A stretch of 64,000 bases of DNA from a virus. Its lineage: Duplodnaviria; Caudoviricetes. Each line of letters opens with the position of its first letter. Within the stretch, counting starts at the first letter, position 1. The notes below the pieces were generated by a model, which made no database searches, had not been told where the DNA came from, and saw only the letters and a list, made by a program, of their open reading frames with translations. Location: the IMG/VR virus record IMGVR_UViG_2927464213_000002, positions 32,001-96,000 of that record. The stretch is one strand, 5' to 3'. Positions 36,313 through 46,001 of the stretch are shown one piece after another. Position numbers and translations under genes: made by a program.

Positions 36313-36385
36313 ATCGGTGAGCCAGTGGTGGTGGCACGGTATCCAAAACCGAAGTCCGCTGGTTCGACTCCAGCCACCGGTGCCA
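36313..36385 (+). tRNA. tRNA-Trp(CCA), atypical
   Basis: Acceptor ATCGGTG/CACCGGT, G discriminator, encoded CCA, T-arm GCTGG-TTCGACT-CCAGC, loop ATCCAAA; short connector and 4-bp anticodon stem. Confidence 0.75.
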
Positions 36386-36405
36386 ATCAACAAAAAGAAG
36401 AAACG

Positions 36406-38463
36406 ATGAGCACGTCGCGCTATCGCGTTATCTCCCTCAGCGGGATCACCATCGGCACTGACTTCTACGATGTGAACTCGATCGTCACGCTCACGCCCGG
36501 AGGCGCGAAGTACTTCCTCCTGAACAAGCAGATCGCGCTGGCCGACAGCCAGCCGCCGGTCGGCGTTCCGGGCGGTCCGAGCGAAGACGACGTCAAGATC
36601 GAGATCTACATCAACAACATCGGCAAGACGGTTTCGCTCACCCAGCTGCGGGACATGTTCCCGAGCTTCAAGGGTGATCCCGGCGAGCAAGGCCTCCGTG
36701 GACCTGCTGGAGCGCAGGGGGCGCGAGGGCCGCAGGGCGACGTCGGACGCGGCATCAGGCTCGCCGGCATCGTCGCCACCGTGTTCGATCTTCCTCCGGC
36801 CGCCGCCGAAGGCAATGACGTCTACCTCGCCCAGGACACCGGACACGGCTGGGCCTGGACGAATGGCGCCTGGATCGACATCGGCCCGTTCCGAGGTCCG
36901 GAAGGCAAGACAGGTCCGGCAGGCCCGAAGGGTGAGGCTGGTCCGCAGGGCCCGGCAGGCGAGCAGGGGCCTCCGGGCGACCCTGGCGATCCGTCGCTGG
37001 CGCAGCTGACGGCTGCCAACGCGGCAAGCTCGACGGCCTCAGCGGCCACGGCTTCCGACGCTGCGGACAGGGCGCTGGCCTCGGAGAATGCGGCTGCCGG
37101 TCACAAGCAGGACGCCAGCGACAGTGCCACAGCGGCTGCCGCCAGCGAAGCGTCTGCCCTCACGAGCAAGATAGCGGCGGAGCAGGCGGCATCGACCGCC
37201 ACCACCGTGGTGGCCAGCGCATCGGATTCTGCTGCTGCGGCGGCGACGTCCAAGACGAACGCGGCGACCAGCGAGAGCAATGCGGCTGCCAGCGCGACGA
37301 CCGCGACCAACAAAGCGGCTGCCGCGGCAACGAGCGAGCAGTCCGCTGCCACTCATGCCACCAATGCCGGCACGTCGGAGACCAATGCCGCAAACAGTGC
37401 GACCGCCGCATCCAATTCTGCCACGGCTGCAGCGCTGTCGGAAACCAATGCAGCGACCAGCAAGACGGCGGCGGCTACGTCCGCTTCGAATGCATCCACC
37501 TCTGCAGACAACGCGCAGGCAAGCTACACGAATGCGCTGAACGCCTACAACAACCTCAGGGGCACCTACTACGGCGCTCAGGCGACCGATCCTGCGACCG
37601 ATCCTCTTGGCGCGGCGAAGGGATCTGGTGATTTCTATTTCAACACCACGTCGCTGACCATGCGGTACTGGAACGGCGCTGTGTGGGTCGACTTTCTGCT
37701 GCCTGGCGCCATCGGACAGTGCAAGCTGACCATGGTCAGCTCGACCACGCTCAAGCTGATCCCGTTCAACGGCAACCTGATCAAGATCAATGGTCAGCTA
37801 TACCAGATCCCTGCGGCAGGCGTCACGCTGACCAACTCAGGATTTGCGGCGAACACGCTGTACTACATCTACATCAAGATCGTGGGCAGCACCCTGACGC
37901 TGCAGCAGAGCCTGACTGGTCACATCACCAGTTCTTCGGCCGGCAGCGTCGGCGTCGAGGTGATGAATACCGCTGGCGGCGAAGTGTACACGCTCGTCGG
38001 CATGGTTTTCACTGGCGCATCGAGCCAGTTCTTTGACCAGCCCGACACGCGCTGGGTCCGGTCCTGGTTCAATGAGACGGGCGTTATCTTGGCGAGGTAC
38101 TCGTCGACCACGGTGGCGACGACATCAGGCACGCCGATCGAGCTGGATTCGGCAGTCCGATGCTTTGCGTTGCTGTGGGCGAATGAGCAGTTCCATCAGA
38201 CGATCTCGTGTTCGTGCTTCAACAATACGCTCGGGTCGCTGACGTATCTGATCCCTGGCTGGGGCAACAGCTTCGGCAGCTGGTATGGACTGCAGCAGTA
38301 CATGCACCAGGACACGGTCTCATACGCGAGATCGATGAGCAATTCCTGGACGCTTCAGAACTCAACCGATCAGGCAGTAATCCTCTCGATGTGGGGACAG
38401 GTTGGGTCCGGGACTGGCTCCTATGCCTACAAATCTAACTCCATCATGACGGTGCGCCGATGA
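36406..38463 (+). CDS. Fibre protein with collagen-like and Ala/Ser/Thr-rich repeats
   Basis: Gly-X-Y runs; [12 protein letters not shown]-type repeats; [16 protein letters not shown]. Confidence 0.8.
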   Translation: MSTSRYRVISLSGITIGTDFYDVNSIVTLTPGGAKYFLLNKQIALADSQPPVGVPGGPSEDDVKIEIYINNIGKTVSLTQLRDMFPSFKGDPGEQGLRGPAGAQGARGPQGDVGRGIRLAGIVATVFDLPPAAAEGNDVYLAQDTGHGWAWTNGAWIDIGPFRGPEGKTGPAGPKGEAGPQGPAGEQGPPGDPGDPSLAQLTAANAASSTASAATASDAADRALASENAAAGHKQDASDSATAAAASEASALTSKIAAEQAASTATTVVASASDSAAAAATSKTNAATSESNAAASATTATNKAAAAATSEQSAATHATNAGTSETNAANSATAASNSATAAALSETNAATSKTAAATSASNASTSADNAQASYTNALNAYNNLRGTYYGAQATDPATDPLGAAKGSGDFYFNTTSLTMRYWNGAVWVDFLLPGAIGQCKLTMVSSTTLKLIPFNGNLIKINGQLYQIPAAGVTLTNSGFAANTLYYIYIKIVGSTLTLQQSLTGHITSSSAGSVGVEVMNTAGGEVYTLVGMVFTGASSQFFDQPDTRWVRSWFNETGVILARYSSTTVATTSGTPIELDSAVRCFALLWANEQFHQTISCSCFNNTLGSLTYLIPGWGNSFGSWYGLQQYMHQDTVSYARSMSNSWTLQNSTDQAVILSMWGQVGSGTGSYAYKSNSIMTVRR

Positions 38464-38840
38464 CGTCTCTTGCTACAGCTTTGTCTGAGCTTCGCCCTGG
38501 AGCCCAATGGGTACTCCGCGGCGACACCATCGGCGACCTTGAATGGCTCGACACAGAGCAGGTCGTGCCGACGCAGGCGGAGGTGGACGCCTACCTCGCG
38601 TCCCCAGTCGTGCCGCAGTTGGTGACGCCTCGGCAGATCCGGCTGGCGCTCTACCAATTCGGATTGCGCCAACAGGTCGAAGACTACGTCAACAGTCAGG
38701 ACATCACCGTTCAGGACAGTTGGAACTATGCCACCCAGATCGAGCGGACCAATCCGCTCATCCTGGCCTGCAAGTCAGCTCTCGGAAAAACCGATGAGGA
38801 GCTGGACCAGCTCTTCATCCTGGCCGCGTCCATCGTCTGA
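38460..38840 (+). CDS. Fibre-associated/assembly protein
   Basis: LRPGAQWVLRG..LEWLD; VTPRQIRLAL..WNYAT..NPLI shared with 58959-59534. Confidence 0.7.
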   Translation: MTSLATALSELRPGAQWVLRGDTIGDLEWLDTEQVVPTQAEVDAYLASPVVPQLVTPRQIRLALYQFGLRQQVEDYVNSQDITVQDSWNYATQIERTNPLILACKSALGKTDEELDQLFILAASIV

Positions 38841-38862
38841 GACCGCACAACGCACACCAACC

Positions 38863-38889
38863 AGGCCGTCCTTCGGGGCGGCCTTTTTC
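38863..38889 (+). terminator. Intrinsic terminator
   Basis: AGGCCGTCC-TTCG-GGGCGGCCT-TTTT. Confidence 0.85.
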
Positions 38890-38904
38890 GTTTCAAGGAC
38901 CGCA

Positions 38905-39321
38905 ATGCTGTTCTCAATCATCATGGGCCTCTTGCCCAAGTTCGGGACCTCGTTCCTCGACTGGCTGAACAAGAAGACCGACGCAGACCTTGAGAAATTC
39001 AAGACCGCGGTCGGCGGCGACGTCCAGCTGAATGTCGCCGAGCTGCGCTACAAGGTCGAGGTCGCCCGCATGGCGGCCGACATGCGCAAGGACGATCGGG
39101 AGCACTGGTTCACCGCCTGGATGGTGCCGGTCGCCTTCGCCGTCCTGTTCTTTCACGTTGCGGCAGTCGTCTTCGACTCGATCCCGCTGCTCGGCCATGA
39201 GGTCGGCAGCTGGAAGATTGCCGCGCTCCCCGCGCCCTACAACACCATGCAGGAACAAATCGTCCTGACGATTTGCGGTGTGGCGGGCATCTCCTCACTC
39301 AAGAAGATCTTCTCCCGATGA
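38905..39321 (+). CDS. Membrane protein, holin-like
   Basis: Two C-terminal TM segments and basic tail. Confidence 0.5.
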   Translation: MLFSIIMGLLPKFGTSFLDWLNKKTDADLEKFKTAVGGDVQLNVAELRYKVEVARMAADMRKDDREHWFTAWMVPVAFAVLFFHVAAVVFDSIPLLGHEVGSWKIAALPAPYNTMQEQIVLTICGVAGISSLKKIFSR

Positions 39322-39647
39322 AATCCGTTACCGACAGCTCGTTCCCCGCCGACGTTCTCCAGGCCGAGGGGCCGGTCGTCATCAAGTTCGAGGCACGCTG
39401 GTGCCAGCCGTGCAAGGCGATGACGCCGACGCTGGACGCGATCGAGAAGGAGCTGGCCGGCAAGGTCACCTTCGTCAAGGCCGATGTCGAGCACTGCGTG
39501 GCCGCCACCCAGCGCTTCAAGGTCGGCCAGGTGCCGGCGCTCGTCGCCGTCAAGGACGGCATCGTCACATCAATGAAGACGGGAGCTGCGCCGAAGCAGG
39601 AGATCCTGAAGTGGGTCGACCTGGCTTTCCCCGGCCTGCGAGACTGA
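39318..39647 (+). CDS. trxA: Thioredoxin
   Basis: VVIKFEARWCQPCK; VPAL..KDG. Confidence 0.9.
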   Translation: MKSVTDSSFPADVLQAEGPVVIKFEARWCQPCKAMTPTLDAIEKELAGKVTFVKADVEHCVAATQRFKVGQVPALVAVKDGIVTSMKTGAAPKQEILKWVDLAFPGLRD

Positions 39648-39859
39648 TGGGCTACCGGTTCGATCTGCAGAACCGCGTCGCTGTCCACGACCACGGCTTC
39701 GTCGTCCCGATCACCGACTTCTACGACAAGTTCGGCGACTACACAGAGGACCCGGAGGAGGCTGTCGTGATCGGTTTGGTCATGCCACCGGATGGCCTGT
39801 ACGTCACTCTCGATCTGCGTGACATGGACGAAGACGACATCGTCACGACGCTCCAATAA
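39647..39859 (+). CDS. Small acidic hypothetical protein
   Basis: TGATG coupling. Confidence 0.6.
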   Translation: MGYRFDLQNRVAVHDHGFVVPITDFYDKFGDYTEDPEEAVVIGLVMPPDGLYVTLDLRDMDEDDIVTTLQ

Positions 39860-39874
39860 CAAGAAGAAAAGCAC

Positions 39875-40417
39875 ATGACTGACACGCCGCGTCGTCGGGG
39901 TCGCCCGACGAAGGAGGAAGCTGCTGCGCGCAAGGCCGCTGCAGAGGCTGCCGCCAAGAAGGAAGGCGAGGAGACTGCCTTCCTCGACGAGGTGCTTGCC
40001 GAGCCGATCAAGCGCCGCAACACCAAGCTCCAGCCGGACGAAGTGACGCTCCGAACGCTCGGCGAGCTGGGCAAGCTGTTCTGCACCCAGGAAGAAGCCG
40101 CCGCCGTGTTGGGCGTCTGCAAGAAGACCTTCTCGACCTTCCTCGGCGAATATCCCGAAGCTCGTGAGGTTTGGGACGACGGCCTGATGCACGCGAAGGT
40201 CTCGCTCCGCCGCAAGCAGTTGGCACTCGCCGACAAGAACGCGCCCGCCGCGATCTTCCTGGGCAAGAACTACCTCGGCCAGAAGGACGAGAACACCACC
40301 AACCTCAACGTCACCAAGCCGGCCAACGAGATGACCGAGGACCAGCTCCTCGAGATCGCAGGCCAGGCCGCATCACCGCGGCAGCCGCCGGCAAAGAAGT
40401 CAGACACCGTTCACTGA
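39875..40417 (+). CDS. terS: Terminase small subunit (putative)
   Basis: HTH CTQEEAAAVLGV; SLRRKQ..A..NAPAAIFLGKNYLGQKD. Confidence 0.75.
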   Translation: MTDTPRRRGRPTKEEAAARKAAAEAAAKKEGEETAFLDEVLAEPIKRRNTKLQPDEVTLRTLGELGKLFCTQEEAAAVLGVCKKTFSTFLGEYPEAREVWDDGLMHAKVSLRRKQLALADKNAPAAIFLGKNYLGQKDENTTNLNVTKPANEMTEDQLLEIAGQAASPRQPPAKKSDTVH

Positions 40418-40423
40418 GGCAAC

Positions 40424-40981
40424 ATGAGCTTCGTCATCAATCTCATCGGCGGCCCCGGAGCCGGCAAGAGCACCACCGCTGCAGGTGTGTTCTTCCTCCT
40501 GAAGCTCCTCAACGTCCGCTGCGAGTTGGTGACGGAGTTCGCCAAGGAGCTGACCTACGACGAGAATTGGAGCGATCTGAAGCGCCAGCTCTACGTCACG
40601 GCTGAACAGGAACGCCGGCAGCGGCGCCTCGTCGGCAAGGTCGACTTCATCGTGACCGACTCTCCGCTGCTGCTCGGTGTCGCCTATGTTTCCGATGGGC
40701 GCGAGCGCCACGCAGTGGAGCAGTCAGCTCGCAGCCTGTTCAACAGCTACAACAACCTCAACTTCATCATCGAGCGCGTGAAGCCGTACCAGCCGTACGG
40801 TCGCAAGCAGACCGAGGAGGAGGCGAGGGCGATCGACCAGCGCCTGTTCGACGACGTGTTCGCCCGCGAGTCCCTGATCCCCATCCGGGGCGATGAGACC
40901 GCCGCCAAGACCGTCCTTCAGGTGCTCTCGAACATGGGGCTGCTACCGGAGCTGTACGACACCTACGGCACCCCGAACTAG
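40424..40981 (+). CDS. NadR/AAA_28-type P-loop kinase
   Basis: INLIGGPGAGKSTTA, EFAKEL, VTDSPLL, GRKQTEEEA. Confidence 0.75.
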   Translation: MSFVINLIGGPGAGKSTTAAGVFFLLKLLNVRCELVTEFAKELTYDENWSDLKRQLYVTAEQERRQRRLVGKVDFIVTDSPLLLGVAYVSDGRERHAVEQSARSLFNSYNNLNFIIERVKPYQPYGRKQTEEEARAIDQRLFDDVFARESLIPIRGDETAAKTVLQVLSNMGLLPELYDTYGTPN

Positions 40982-40991
40982 CGAGTGACCG

Positions 40992-41840
40992 ATGGCTGTC
41001 GACAGGCGAGGCGCCATGGGCGTCTCCGAAAGCATCCGCCAGCAACGGCGTGAACTTTTGGAGATGAGCCAGCAGCAGGCGCGAAACTTCTCCGAAGTGA
41101 AGCGAGAGATCCAGCCGGACCCTCCGCCGATCCAAATCCAAACTCCCAAAGAGGAACTCAAGATGGGACTTCCCCTCCTGGTAATCGTCGGCGCCGATAA
41201 AGGCGGTGTCGGCAAGACCGTCGTGGCACGAACAGTGCTCGACTACTTCAAGGCTCAGGGCGTCGAAGCCCGAGCGATCGACACGCAGATGCCCGAGGGC
41301 AATCTCAAGCGCTTCCATCCCGACGTGACGGAAGTGATCGACCTGTCCAGCTCGGACGGCCAGATCAAGGTGTTCGACGCGCTGCCCAGCAGCCCGGTCA
41401 CCGTGATCGACATCCAGGCCGGCTTGCTGACCCCCACGCTGACCCTGCTCAGCGAGATCGGTCTGCTCGCCATGGTCGAAGACGGCAAGATGAACGTGAC
41501 CGTCATGCACGTCGTCGGCAGCACCGTCCAGTCGCTGAGCGAGATCGAAGGTGCCGCCAAGATCCTCACGGGTTCCCGCCACTTCATCGTCAAGAACCAC
41601 ACCAACGACGCCGCGTTCTTCGCCGGCCTCAACGTGTCAACCGACGCCCTGAAGATCGGCACCGCGCTGATCGACATCCCGAAGCTCGACGAGCGCGCCA
41701 CCGAGTACGTCGAGGCAGCCGCGACGTCGTTCGCCAACTACGCCAAGACCGGCGATTCCTTCACCATGCGCGGCAAGGTCGGGTTCTGGGAGAAGGGCGT
41801 GTTCGCCCAATACGACGCAGCCAAGCTGCACATCGTCTAA
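40992..41840 (+). CDS. ParA/MinD/TraL-like P-loop ATPase (alternative start 41163)
   Basis: Deviant Walker A DKGGVGKT; VIDIQAG. Confidence 0.7.
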   Translation: MAVDRRGAMGVSESIRQQRRELLEMSQQQARNFSEVKREIQPDPPPIQIQTPKEELKMGLPLLVIVGADKGGVGKTVVARTVLDYFKAQGVEARAIDTQMPEGNLKRFHPDVTEVIDLSSSDGQIKVFDALPSSPVTVIDIQAGLLTPTLTLLSEIGLLAMVEDGKMNVTVMHVVGSTVQSLSEIEGAAKILTGSRHFIVKNHTNDAAFFAGLNVSTDALKIGTALIDIPKLDERATEYVEAAATSFANYAKTGDSFTMRGKVGFWEKGVFAQYDAAKLHIV

Positions 41841-41850
41841 GGAGCAGCTC

Positions 41851-42072
41851 ATGTCTTCGATCTCGATCGTCCACCAGAAACTGCAGGTGGAAGATGCCCG
41901 TCTCGTCACCGTGTCCGACCTCGTTCAGGACACGGACGGGAAGTGGCTCCGCATCGTCAAGTTCTACGGCGACCCGACCGTTAATGGCGCTCCGACCGCC
42001 TTCGTGGAAGTCGCCGTCCGCTCCAGCAGCAAGGCCGACCTGGAGATCCAGGCGCCGGGCTTCAAGTTCTAA
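41851..42072 (+). CDS. Hypothetical protein
   Basis: AAGGAG RBS. Confidence 0.65.
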   Translation: MSSISIVHQKLQVEDARLVTVSDLVQDTDGKWLRIVKFYGDPTVNGAPTAFVEVAVRSSSKADLEIQAPGFKF

Positions 42073-42084
42073 TCCAGCAAACAA

Positions 42085-42271
42085 GACCCCTGACGGGATC
42101 GCATCTGACTGCCTGTGCCGAAACTGGTCTCGGTAAGGGGTATCCGCCAAAGAACCTTCCACGAGGGCGCGGACTAAGTCGCACATAGCAGCCTGCACGA
42201 GCAGTCAGATCGACCGCAATACGAAGTCCTGAATCAACAGGACGATCCTCTTGGCCAGAGGGCGTGGGGTC
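42085..42271 (+). ncRNA. Candidate structured RNA (~190 nt)
   Basis: Nested helices GACCCC/GGGGTC, GGATCG/CGATCC, ATCTGACTGC/GCAGTCAGAT. Confidence 0.6.
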
Positions 42272-42279
42272 CTCTTTTC

Positions 42280-42374
42280 GCGGTGACCGGTTCGCAACGG
42301 CGGCAGCGGTGGGTCTGATCAACCTTTCTGCGTCGCTCGCCAAGACGGCGGTTCGATTCCGCCGCGCCGCTCCA
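42280..42374 (+). ncRNA. tRNA-like RNA with elongated anticodon arm
   Basis: T-arm GGCGG-TTCGATT-CCGCC, acceptor GCGGTG/CGCCGC, T discriminator, CCA; long arm capped by CTGATCA. Confidence 0.6.
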
Positions 42375-42393
42375 TCTCAACAACAAGAACAAA

Positions 42394-43857
42394 ATGAACA
42401 ACCTGATCGACGTCTCCCCGGAGGAGGCGGCGGCCGAACTCCTGCGTCGTCGGAGGGGCCGCGAGCACCTCATCGACTTCACTGAGTACACGCTCCACAA
42501 ATACTACGCCGACCCGTTCCACCACCTGGTTGCCCAGAAGCTGGAGGCGGTCGAGCGCGGCGAGATCAAGCGACTGATGCTGTTCGCTCCGCCGCGACAT
42601 GGCAAGTCGGAGCTGTCCACCCGCCGCTTTCCCGCCTGGTACATGGCGAGGAACCCCGAGAAGAACGTCATCTCGGCATCGTACAACGGCGACTTCGCAA
42701 CGACCTTCGGCCGCGACGTCCGCAACATCGTCCAGGGCAAAGAGTTCAAGACGCTCTTCCCGGACGCCAAGATCCGCTCCGACAATCGCGCTGCCGATGA
42801 ATGGGAGCTGGAGAAGGGCGGCAAATACTTCGCGGTCGGCGTCGGCACCGGTACCACCGGTAAGGGTGCAAACCTGTTCCTGATCGACGATCCGATCAAG
42901 GACCGCAAGGACGCCAACTCCGCCTCATTCCGTCAGGACCAGTGGGATTGGTACCGCGACGTCGTTTACACCCGTCTCGAAGAGGACGCCGCAATCGTCC
43001 TCACGCTGACGCGGTGGCACTACGACGACATCGCCGGCCGCCTGGTCGACCTGGCGCAGTCAGGCAAGGGTTTGCCGTGGGACATCCTGTACCTGCCGGC
43101 ACTGCCCTACACCAAGAAGATCAAGCGCGAGGACGGCACCGAGGATCTGATCCTCAACGACGATGGCACGGTCCCCGGCGACGCCCTCGGACGAAAGCCG
43201 AACGAGCCGTTGGCGCCGAACCGGTTCTCCTATGCGGCTCTCACCGACCGCATGGACGTTCTGGGCGAACGGTCTTTCGCTGCTCTCTACCAGCAGCAGC
43301 CGATGGCCGACGACGGCGGCATGTTCAGCGCCGCCTGGTTCGAGCAGCCCGGCGAGATGCCGGCCCGCCGCGTCCGCGTGCGCGCATGGGATTTGGCCGC
43401 GACAGCTGACGGCGACTACACGGTCGGCGTCCTGATGTCGAAGGACATGAACGGCATCTTCTACATCGAGAACGTGATCCGCTTCCGCGGCTCCGCGCTC
43501 GAAGTCGAGAAGAAGATCTTCGACACCGCGCGCAGCGACGGACACTCGGTCCAGATCGTCATCCCGCAAGACCCGGGCCAGGCCGGCAAGAGCCAGGCCC
43601 AGAATTTCATCCGCCGGCTCGCCGGCTATCGCATCAAGGCAATCCGCCCCACAGGCTCGAAGGAGACCCGCGCTGCAGCGTTCGCTGCGCAGTGCGAAGG
43701 TCGCAACATGAAGATGGTGAAGGCGCACTGGAATGAGTGCTTCACCGATGAGTTGGAAATGTTCCCGCTTGGCACCCATGATGACCAGGTGGACGCAGCG
43801 TCCGACGCCTTCAACGAACTCCTCGGACCTCGCAAGGCCGCGATCCTTGACTGGTAA
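42394..43857 (+). CDS. terL: Terminase large subunit
   Basis: APPRHGKS, LIDDPIKD, TRWH, AWDLA..DYTVG, HDDQVDA. Confidence 0.95.
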   Translation: MNNLIDVSPEEAAAELLRRRRGREHLIDFTEYTLHKYYADPFHHLVAQKLEAVERGEIKRLMLFAPPRHGKSELSTRRFPAWYMARNPEKNVISASYNGDFATTFGRDVRNIVQGKEFKTLFPDAKIRSDNRAADEWELEKGGKYFAVGVGTGTTGKGANLFLIDDPIKDRKDANSASFRQDQWDWYRDVVYTRLEEDAAIVLTLTRWHYDDIAGRLVDLAQSGKGLPWDILYLPALPYTKKIKREDGTEDLILNDDGTVPGDALGRKPNEPLAPNRFSYAALTDRMDVLGERSFAALYQQQPMADDGGMFSAAWFEQPGEMPARRVRVRAWDLAATADGDYTVGVLMSKDMNGIFYIENVIRFRGSALEVEKKIFDTARSDGHSVQIVIPQDPGQAGKSQAQNFIRRLAGYRIKAIRPTGSKETRAAAFAAQCEGRNMKMVKAHWNECFTDELEMFPLGTHDDQVDAASDAFNELLGPRKAAILDW

Positions 43858-43877
43858 AGTCAGGACGTCCCCAAGAA

Positions 43878-45476
43878 ATGGCCGACACTCAGATCAAATA
43901 CACCCCGTCCCCCAAGACGGGTAATCCCGGGCAGCTCTCGTCTGCCGCGGAAACGATGCAGACCCGCACCGCGATGCTCCGCGCCGTCTACGGCGGCACG
44001 GAGACCATGCGGGCACAGGGCGCCACCTTCCTTCCGCAATACGAGAAGGAGTCGGACACCCGGTACCAGGCACGACTGGCTTCCACGTTCGCTCTCAACA
44101 AGCTCAGGGAGGCCGTGGATGCGGCTTCCGCCAAGCCCTTCCGAACCCTGCTGAAGGTCCAGAACGGCGATCCTGACCTCGATCTGTGGACCCAGGACAT
44201 CGATTTGCAGGGCAACCACCTGCACATCTTCGGGCACCAGTATTTCAACAACTCGATGCTCGACGGCATGTGCCACCTTCTGGTGGACCATCCCGATACC
44301 TACAACATGAAGAGCCTCGCCGATCAGAAGGCATCCGGCGCTCGCCCCTTCATGAAGATGTACAAGGTCGACGACGTGGCAGCTGCCTACGACATGTATG
44401 TCGGCGGCGACACCAAGACCGTCCACGTCCGCATCCGCAGCCAGCGCGCCGAGCGCGACGGCTTCAAGGAGGTGCTCTACAACCAGATCCGCGTGATCGA
44501 GATTGACCCGACCAAGACGTCGGGCATCGTGCAGCTCTGGGAGCAGAAGGCTCAGTCCGGCGGCTCGAACTGGGACTTCATCGAAGAGACCCCGCTGCAG
44601 AACATGGCCGAGGTTCCCTTCGTGACCATGTATGCCGGCGAAAAGGAAGCCGACTACCTGGCTCGGCCGATCTTCATCGATCTCGCCTACAAGCAGATCG
44701 AGCACTGGATCTCCAGCTCGGACCAGCGGTCGATCCTGTCGGCGGCGCGCTTCCCGATGCTGGCGTGCTCCGGCGTCCAGATCGACCCGGAAGACGAGAA
44801 GCAGTTCGCGATCGGCCCCTACAAGGTGCTCTACGCGCCGGAAGCCAATGGCCGCTGGTACTACGTCGAGCCCCGCGGCACGGCGATCGAGAGCGGCGCC
44901 AAGGATCTCGACAAGCTCGAAATGCAGATGGACATGATGGCGCTCAACCCGGTCACGGGCACGCACCGTCAGTACGTGCCGCAGAACGAGCGCGACATCC
45001 AGGAAACGCGGGTCCACTCCGTCGTCCACGACATGGCGATCAACTGCCAGGACGCGCTGGAGAAGGCGATCAAGTTCATGGGGCAGTGGACCGGCAAGGA
45101 CTACAGCCAGGTCCAGGTGATCCTGAACACCGAGTTCTCGAACACCAAGGATCGGATCGAGGAGGTGAAGCAGCTCGTCGCCATGTACGAGAAGCGCGGC
45201 ATCTCGCGAGAGACCCTGTTGCGCGAAGTCTACAAGCGGAACCTGCTCGGCGACGATTTCAACATTCAGAACGAGCTGACCGCGCTGGCAGCGATCGACC
45301 AGGCCCTCACGGCCGGCACCGATCCGAACGCCAGCGCCACCGACCCAGCCGCCGCCCCGTCGAAGACGACGGACCCGGCAGCGGCCAACAGCAACACGCC
45401 TGCAAACGGAACCGGGGGTACCCCGAAGACGTTTGATTTCCCCAACAATCAGGATCGGCCCAAAAAGCAAATCTGA
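43878..45476 (+). CDS. Portal protein (DUF4055-like)
   Basis: Follows terL; YGGTETMR..FLPQYEKE..YQARL. Confidence 0.85.
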   Translation: MADTQIKYTPSPKTGNPGQLSSAAETMQTRTAMLRAVYGGTETMRAQGATFLPQYEKESDTRYQARLASTFALNKLREAVDAASAKPFRTLLKVQNGDPDLDLWTQDIDLQGNHLHIFGHQYFNNSMLDGMCHLLVDHPDTYNMKSLADQKASGARPFMKMYKVDDVAAAYDMYVGGDTKTVHVRIRSQRAERDGFKEVLYNQIRVIEIDPTKTSGIVQLWEQKAQSGGSNWDFIEETPLQNMAEVPFVTMYAGEKEADYLARPIFIDLAYKQIEHWISSSDQRSILSAARFPMLACSGVQIDPEDEKQFAIGPYKVLYAPEANGRWYYVEPRGTAIESGAKDLDKLEMQMDMMALNPVTGTHRQYVPQNERDIQETRVHSVVHDMAINCQDALEKAIKFMGQWTGKDYSQVQVILNTEFSNTKDRIEEVKQLVAMYEKRGISRETLLREVYKRNLLGDDFNIQNELTALAAIDQALTAGTDPNASATDPAAAPSKTTDPAAANSNTPANGTGGTPKTFDFPNNQDRPKKQI

Positions 45477-45514
45477 TTGACGGGTGCAAATGCACATGGT
45501 AGGTGGCGCGTCCC

Positions 45515-45805
45515 ATGGCTGAGATCGTACTGGAACTGAAAGCCGAGCAATATTTCTGCGAGCCCTGCTCATTGAAGCAGGGCACGCTGGTGCGCGAGCT
45601 TGTGCGGATGATCCCGAAGTCCGTGGTTCTGTTCGATAAGCTGGTCGGGGACGAGTACTACTGCTGCCCGATCTGCTTCGAGCCCAAGTTCACGGTCAAG
45701 GGCAAGAAGAAGGTCAAGCATGGCGCGAAAGATCCCAAAGTGGCAGCACATTCTGAACCTGGAAGCGCGGGCGAAAGGCCTCCCGGCCCCGTACTTGTCA
45801 CCTGA
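45515..45805 (+). CDS. Zinc-finger-like protein
   Basis: CEPC...CPIC. Confidence 0.55.
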   Translation: MAEIVLELKAEQYFCEPCSLKQGTLVRELVRMIPKSVVLFDKLVGDEYYCCPICFEPKFTVKGKKKVKHGAKDPKVAAHSEPGSAGERPPGPVLVT

Positions 45806-46001
45806 CGACGATCCTCCGATGCCCTCCGGCAGCCTTCCGCGGCCGGAGGTATTGGGTGCTCCGCCCGGCGACAAACACGTCCAGCAGATAGCAGGAGATG
45901 TCAGGATGGCTCGCAACGTCGGGCTGGCCTTCCTGCTCGGGAAGGCGGTTCCCGCCCTGTTTGCGCTGTGGCTGATCTGGCTTTTCTTCGGCAAGCACTG
46001 A
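45720..46001 (+). CDS. Hypothetical protein with C-terminal TM
   Basis: 93-aa ORF overlapping the previous gene. Confidence 0.45.
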   Translation: MARKIPKWQHILNLEARAKGLPAPYLSPDDDPPMPSGSLPRPEVLGAPPGDKHVQQIAGDVRMARNVGLAFLLGKAVPALFALWLIWLFFGKH

